Origin: Blastocladiella emersonii ATCC 22665
Taxonomy: Eukaryota > Fungi > Blastocladiomycota
DNA length: 64,000 bases
Direction: 5' to 3'
Assembly: GCA_025594325.1 (NCBI GenBank)
Contig: JANHCV010000010.1
Span: 310,001 to 374,000 of the forward strand
Shown: piece after piece, positions 57,525-64,000 of the stretch
Layout: each line of letters opens with the position of its first letter
How positions within the stretch are numbered: the stretch's first letter is position 1
Notes under the pieces: generated by a model
Database searches by the model: none
The model's input: only the letters and a program-made list of their open reading frames with translations
What the model was told of the DNA's origin: nothing
Translations under genes and position numbers: made by a program

Positions 57525-57833
57525 AGCTCTCCGACCCCAGCGGCAAGTGCTGCCGTAGCGGCGAACTTCATTACTCGTTCAACGGCCGCTTCCACACAAT
57601 TCAGGCAATCGCGCTGTCGCACGGCGCAAGCGCTCAACGTGGCGCGGGCTTTAGCCCTCGATTGAAAACCAGACGCGAAGCGTCAGGTGGCTCAAGTATA
57701 ATCGACATGAAACGTGAGACAGAGACGCGTTGCGAAAACACATGACAGATGGGCGGCAGATTTCGAGCCGAATCTACGCGAGCCACGGTTTTCCCACAGA
57801 GCTCCTCGCGTCAGCATACTCCCATGAAATCGA

Positions 57834-58670
57834 ATGGAGGAACTTGGTGCATTGAGCTTATTATGCCAACCTGTAACCATGACCGAAGTGCCGTTACCGC
57901 TTGAGTCGGCCGAGCAACCGTCGCCGCTGCTTCCCGGCTGCGACTCTCCACCCGCTGGGTTCGCCGCGTGTGACTCTCCGCCAGCTGGCTTTTCTCTGGC
58001 AGCCGAAAGTAGCAAAGCTCGTGGTGACGACGCAGTGCCTACCTCAGTTGCACACGCGCCCGCGCGTATCTCGCCCGCCGCGGCGCCAATCTCAGCGCCA
58101 CTTTCGTTGCTCCTCGACGAGACGCGTCATCTCTCGGTCAATCCTCGTCGCGAGCAACCTGCCACGGCTTCAATCGCATCAACACCAAGCTTGCACTCCG
58201 CTTGGTTTTGGTCTTCGCCGCCAGCCCCAATGACCGCGGTCTCAGCTGCTTCACTCCAAGATGCCTTTGCGATCCATATGGCTGCTACTACCGCTGCATA
58301 CGCACCGTACTTTGCTGCACCCGTGCTCAATGCGCAGGTTGCTCGTGTTGTTCCCATGGTGTCTACTCACGCACCGCCACTGCTTCCGCTGCTACCGGTG
58401 CAATATCCAAGCGGCAACGGCTGGCCGGGGACCACCTTTCAACCGATGCTCGAGTCGAACGATACCCGCGACGCCGTCATCGACCCGGCCGACGGAAAAT
58501 TGCACGCGCGACCGACCCTCACAATCAACCAGCTTGTCTGCCTTGCCCTAGACTCGAGACCGGACAAGAGGATGTTGGAGTGGTCAATTTTCGATTGGTT
58601 TCGAGAATCGTACCCGTACTTTCGCCTCTGTGCAGACGTGTCGTGGAAGGCACGATGGTGGCCCTTGTAG
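57834..58670 (+). pseudogene. Forkhead protein G, truncated after helix 2
   Basis: RPTLTINQLVCLALDSRPDKRM..ESYPYF..SWK followed by a stop. I found no exon with the recognition helix or wing. Confidence 0.65.
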
Positions 58671-58920
58671 GATCTTCGACTCCGTCATCTGAATCGCAAA
58701 GAGATCCGTCAACCGCGCTAACTGAATCATGATCTGAGTCTGCTTGGTCCTCTCCGCGAGAGAGTCGCCGAGCACCCCCGCGTCGAGGCGTGAGACAGCT
58801 GGAGACGCGTTGCGAAAACACGTGAGGGGTTCAGCCACACGTCCGTCATGTTGCCGCCGCATCCGACGCGCCAAAGCTCCACGCCCTGCTCCACGCCCCC
58901 TCACTCCCTCATGTTATCGA

Positions 58921-60575
58921 ATGGAAGAACTTGCTGCATTGCAATGAGCACATCACAATGAAAACAATGTCGAACGCGCCGTCGCCCCTCGAGCCCAAAG
59001 CGCCGCCGTCGCCGGTGCTTCCCGGCTGCGATTCGCCGCCTGCTGGATTTGCGGACCGCGCAGCTCCGCCAGCTAGGCTCGCTCTTGAATGCGTCTCTCT
59101 TGACCTTGTTGTTAATGTGCCAGCTCCAGCGGTGTATCCACACCCGCAATCGCCTCCGCTTGCCGCCGCGACTACCAGCGCCACGCCTGTTGTCGCGCCA
59201 GTGTCGACCTCGCCGCGCTGTAACTCAGCCGGCAGACCTCCCTCGTCATCCGGTCCGTGTGGTGGTGAACGCTGTCATTCGTCCTCGTTCGCGCCGGACG
59301 TGGCTCCACATCTCGTCCCGCCCTACACGTCAGTCTTGCTTCTTCCGCCTCCACCCGTTCAGAATGCTTTCCAAACGCAAATCCCCGCCGCGAATTTTTC
59401 CCCGTACGGGCTTGCATACACCTCTTACTCGTCGTACGCCGCTGCCCCTGCGCTTTCCTCCACCGCAGCGTTGGCTTGGCCGACGTGGGTGCCGCCACCG
59501 CCTGTCCCCTTCGCTGAACTTCAGGGCCATTCGAGGAACTCGAGCACAACACGATTGGCGCCACCGTCGACTCCTCCGCCCGCGGCACTTGTCGGCCTGA
59601 CAGACGGCCAGTCGTACAACCGGCCATCCTTGACGATCAATCAACTGGTCTGCCTTGCGATTGACTCGACGCCCGACAAGCGGATGATGTCGACAGGCAT
59701 CATTGATTGGATCGAGACAGCTTACCCGTACTATCGGCTTTTGTTGTCCGCTGCGTGGCAGGTACGGTGTCAGCTTGATCGCACGAATGCAAGAAATAAG
59801 CTAACTTCGGCGACGCGTGCCAGACCGATGTACGGGAATATCTCGCGAGCCGCCCAGAGTTCCGTCGAGCCTCACGCTACAGCCCCGACGTGCGTGGCCA
59901 CTATTGGACGGTGTCTGAGGACTTTTTGAACCGCACCCTTGCGAGCGTTGCCGACTCCTCGCCGTGTCCTTCTACTTTGGCCTCGAGTCGCCCTACTGTT
60001 TTACAATCGCGCTCTCAGGATGAGCTCGAGCCCGAGCCTGATGCAGCTTCGCCTTCAAGCAACGGTGCGCGTGATTCGGGGACTGACGATGCAGCAGTAC
60101 CAGGCCAGCAAGGGGACGAACGCCCGCCGCACAGCTTTCCCGACTTGATCACTCTTGCCCTTCTATCCTCGCCCGACCTCAAGCTTACGCCCGCCATGAT
60201 TTCCGAGTGGATCACGGACACGTACCCGTGCTTTTGTCACAGCAGCAAGCATGCGTGGGTCAAGGTGCGCGTCCGAACCTCTCTCCACCTTGTTGATCAA
60301 TGACCTCACCCGACCACGTCACGGGCGGCGGATTCTGGACCGTGTCCGATGTGGGCCGCGATTTCATTCGAAAGCGCGGTTTGGACGGCGTAGCAGCAGG
60401 TCTCACGCGCCCATCGAAACGCGCGGCGTCCATCTCCGTATCGAGTGATGAGGAACTCGGCTCGGGCGACGGCGGCAACAAGGACGCGAGCAGTTCAGGG
60501 AACAGCTTGGATGTTGGGACCGCGCGCGCCAAGCGGAAGCGCGCGCGAACGTCGGATTGCGAATTCGATTCTTGA
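58921..60575 (+). CDS. Forkhead protein H (two domains; the second is damaged and the MEEL start is out of frame)
   Basis: RPSLTINQLVCLAIDSTPDKRM..AYPYY..WQ|TDVREYLASR..GHYWT and RPPHSFPDLITLALLSSPDLKL..TYPCF. The wing GGGFWT lies in another frame. Confidence 0.65.
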
Positions 60576-61000
60576 ATGGATGTTGTTGGTTTGTCATGAT
60601 CTTGTCACTCGTCGCTCTGCTCTTCAGATCGCGCCGCCCCGGACCGTGGGCAGGTCACTCATTCGTCTCGCGGCCCGCCGCGCGAGACAGAGACGCGTTC
60701 CGAAAACGCGTGTGGGTGTGAGCCACCGACTCAGCTGCTTCCGCGCGAGCGCGTCGGGCGCGCGCGAGTCGCGCTCTCGAGTCTGGGTCGCGTCAAGGCG
60801 GCGCACAACTGGTCCATGCCGTCGATGGTGTTGAGTCTGAGCCCGCAGAAGGAGCGCGCTCAGGTGCAGGAATCGAAGGCACGCAGCGCAAGCGGCTGTG
60901 GGTTTCCGATTCGGATGTGCGTCTTGATGAGCATAGCTCGCAATTCGATCGAGTAGGGCCTAAATAAAAGTGTATCACACGCCGCCGTCACCGAACCAAA

Positions 61001-61826
61001 TCACATCTTCTCGTCGGCCTCAACGATTTCGCTGAGGTTGAGCACGTCGAGGCGGCCCTTCCCCTTAGTCTCGGCCTGGAGCAGCTCGGTGAGGATGCGG
61101 TACTGTCCGGGGTCGATGAGCCCCGCGATCGTCCACTCGGCGGAGGACCAGTCGTCCTCGTCGACCTCGGTGAAGGCGGGGACGACCTTCTCCTTGAGCC
61201 GCTTCCCGTCCTTGACGGGGATGGTGACGCGGACGCGCATGCGTGCGCGGGCAATGGGGAGGACGCCCGAGGACTGGAGCTCGCGGATGATCTCCTTGGC
61301 CTGGACCTTGGCGGGCCGCGTCGGGTGCACGTTGACGTGGACCTCCTGCATGGCCTTCTCGATCATGGTGGTCGGGTAGGCGCGCTGGGTGTCCGGGTTG
61401 ACGCAGGTCTCGGAGATGATGGTGGCAATGTCGCGGTACACGTTCTCCATGGTCTGCGACCGCTCCTTGTCCGAGACCTGCAGCTCGCCCTTCTTGAGGA
61501 TCTCGAGGCAGATGGCGTCCTGGTCGGTCGTCTTGAAGGCCTTGTCGAGGTCCTCGGCCTTGGCCAGCTGGCCCTTGGACACGTTGATGAACACGCTGCT
61601 GGTCTGCAGCACGTTGTCGATGTCGGTCTCGCTACACGTTGTTGTGGGTCGGCATCAGGATCGGCCCAGCAATGACACGGAGGAGTCAAACGCACACGCC
61701 GTTGCGCCATTCGAGCACCTTGTTGCGGTAGCACGCAATCTCGAAGCGCTTGCCGCCGCGCTTGTAGCGCACGATCGACACGTTGGTCAACTTGACCTGG
61801 TTGGATGGCGAGAAGATCTTGGGCAT
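61001..61826 (-). CDS. SDO1: Ribosome maturation factor SBDS/Sdo1
   Basis: [43 protein letters not shown]|..[24 protein letters not shown]. One intron. Confidence 0.97.
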
Positions 61827-62174
61827 AGTTTTGCAAGAAGTATGGGTCGCGGTTGCGCCAAGTTGCAACCGGGCTCCGTTAGTGCTTCGTGGTAGTGGGT
61901 GATGGATGGCGGAGCGAGGGGGGAACGACTCGGCCGAGCAGTGAACGAAGCGCCGTGCATTGCGCCACCGGCGTGACCAGTCGCCGGGCGCGCGCTGCTG
62001 ACTCGTTCCGCTCGCCGTCGGTCCGTCACGTCCGCTCCCACAGCTCCGCCGCTCCCCACTGCTCGTTACTCTTTTCATGTAACACCCGCCAAAGTCCATG
62101 CATCGCGCCCGAAACCACCTGCAACCACCACCCGAGTAACCGCCACCACCCACACCGCCAACCCGCCCCGCACT

Positions 62175-63863
<1,689 letters not shown>

Positions 63864-64000
63864 GGAGGGGACGGTGTGATGGAACGCGTGTACATACCAA
63901 GGCTTTTGTTGTAAAACGGCTGGTTCGAGGTCTGAGCGCGTCGTAAACGATCCATGCCCGAAGTCGAAGGCGAGGCAAGGAGTGATGGCCGAAAACGCGT

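Noticed and set aside
57139-57745. ORFs encoding (CCDAL)n, (SQHSA)n or (RRAML)n, e.g. a metallothionein-like protein
   Set aside because: They are translations of the 15-bp minisatellite; all frames are open only because the unit lacks stops.

Overview
This is GC-rich eukaryotic DNA with short GT(G/A)CG..CTRAC..YAG introns, most consistent with a zoosporic fungus (Blastocladiomycota, Allomyces-like; inferred from composition, intron style and gene content). Conserved housekeeping genes are an EH-domain endocytic protein, a PPR protein, BOL3, MTC5/WDR59, PIM1 (Lon), CSN3, SDO1 and CDC7. They alternate with three accessory blocks. Block 1 (2.6-11.2 kb) has four intronless F-box-like/Cys-rich zinc-finger paralogs, an F-box/ankyrin/LRR gene and a MITE. 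Block 2 (20.5-33.4 kb) is a rearranged zone of LRR and coiled-coil genes with a catalytically dead, ultra-acidic metacaspase, an FHA-like gene and a ~2.7-2.8 kb inverted-repeat-bounded element. That element carries a Fanzor1 (eukaryotic TnpB) remnant, a hairpin-rich candidate omegaRNA and captured host cargo, and a paralogous empty site lies 2 kb away. Block 3 (39.4-60.6 kb) has a second, divergent Fanzor1 with its own candidate omegaRNA, split by a 5.1 kb Plavaka/CMC-type DNA transposon, followed by a tandem array of eight divergent forkhead paralogs. The forkhead genes share an N-terminal LPxC(D/N/H)SPPxG motif, several share a promoter motif, and one is fused to a chromodomain. I saw no rRNA, tRNA or CRISPR array. 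All alignments, translations and RNA folds were done by eye; no searches or computations were run.
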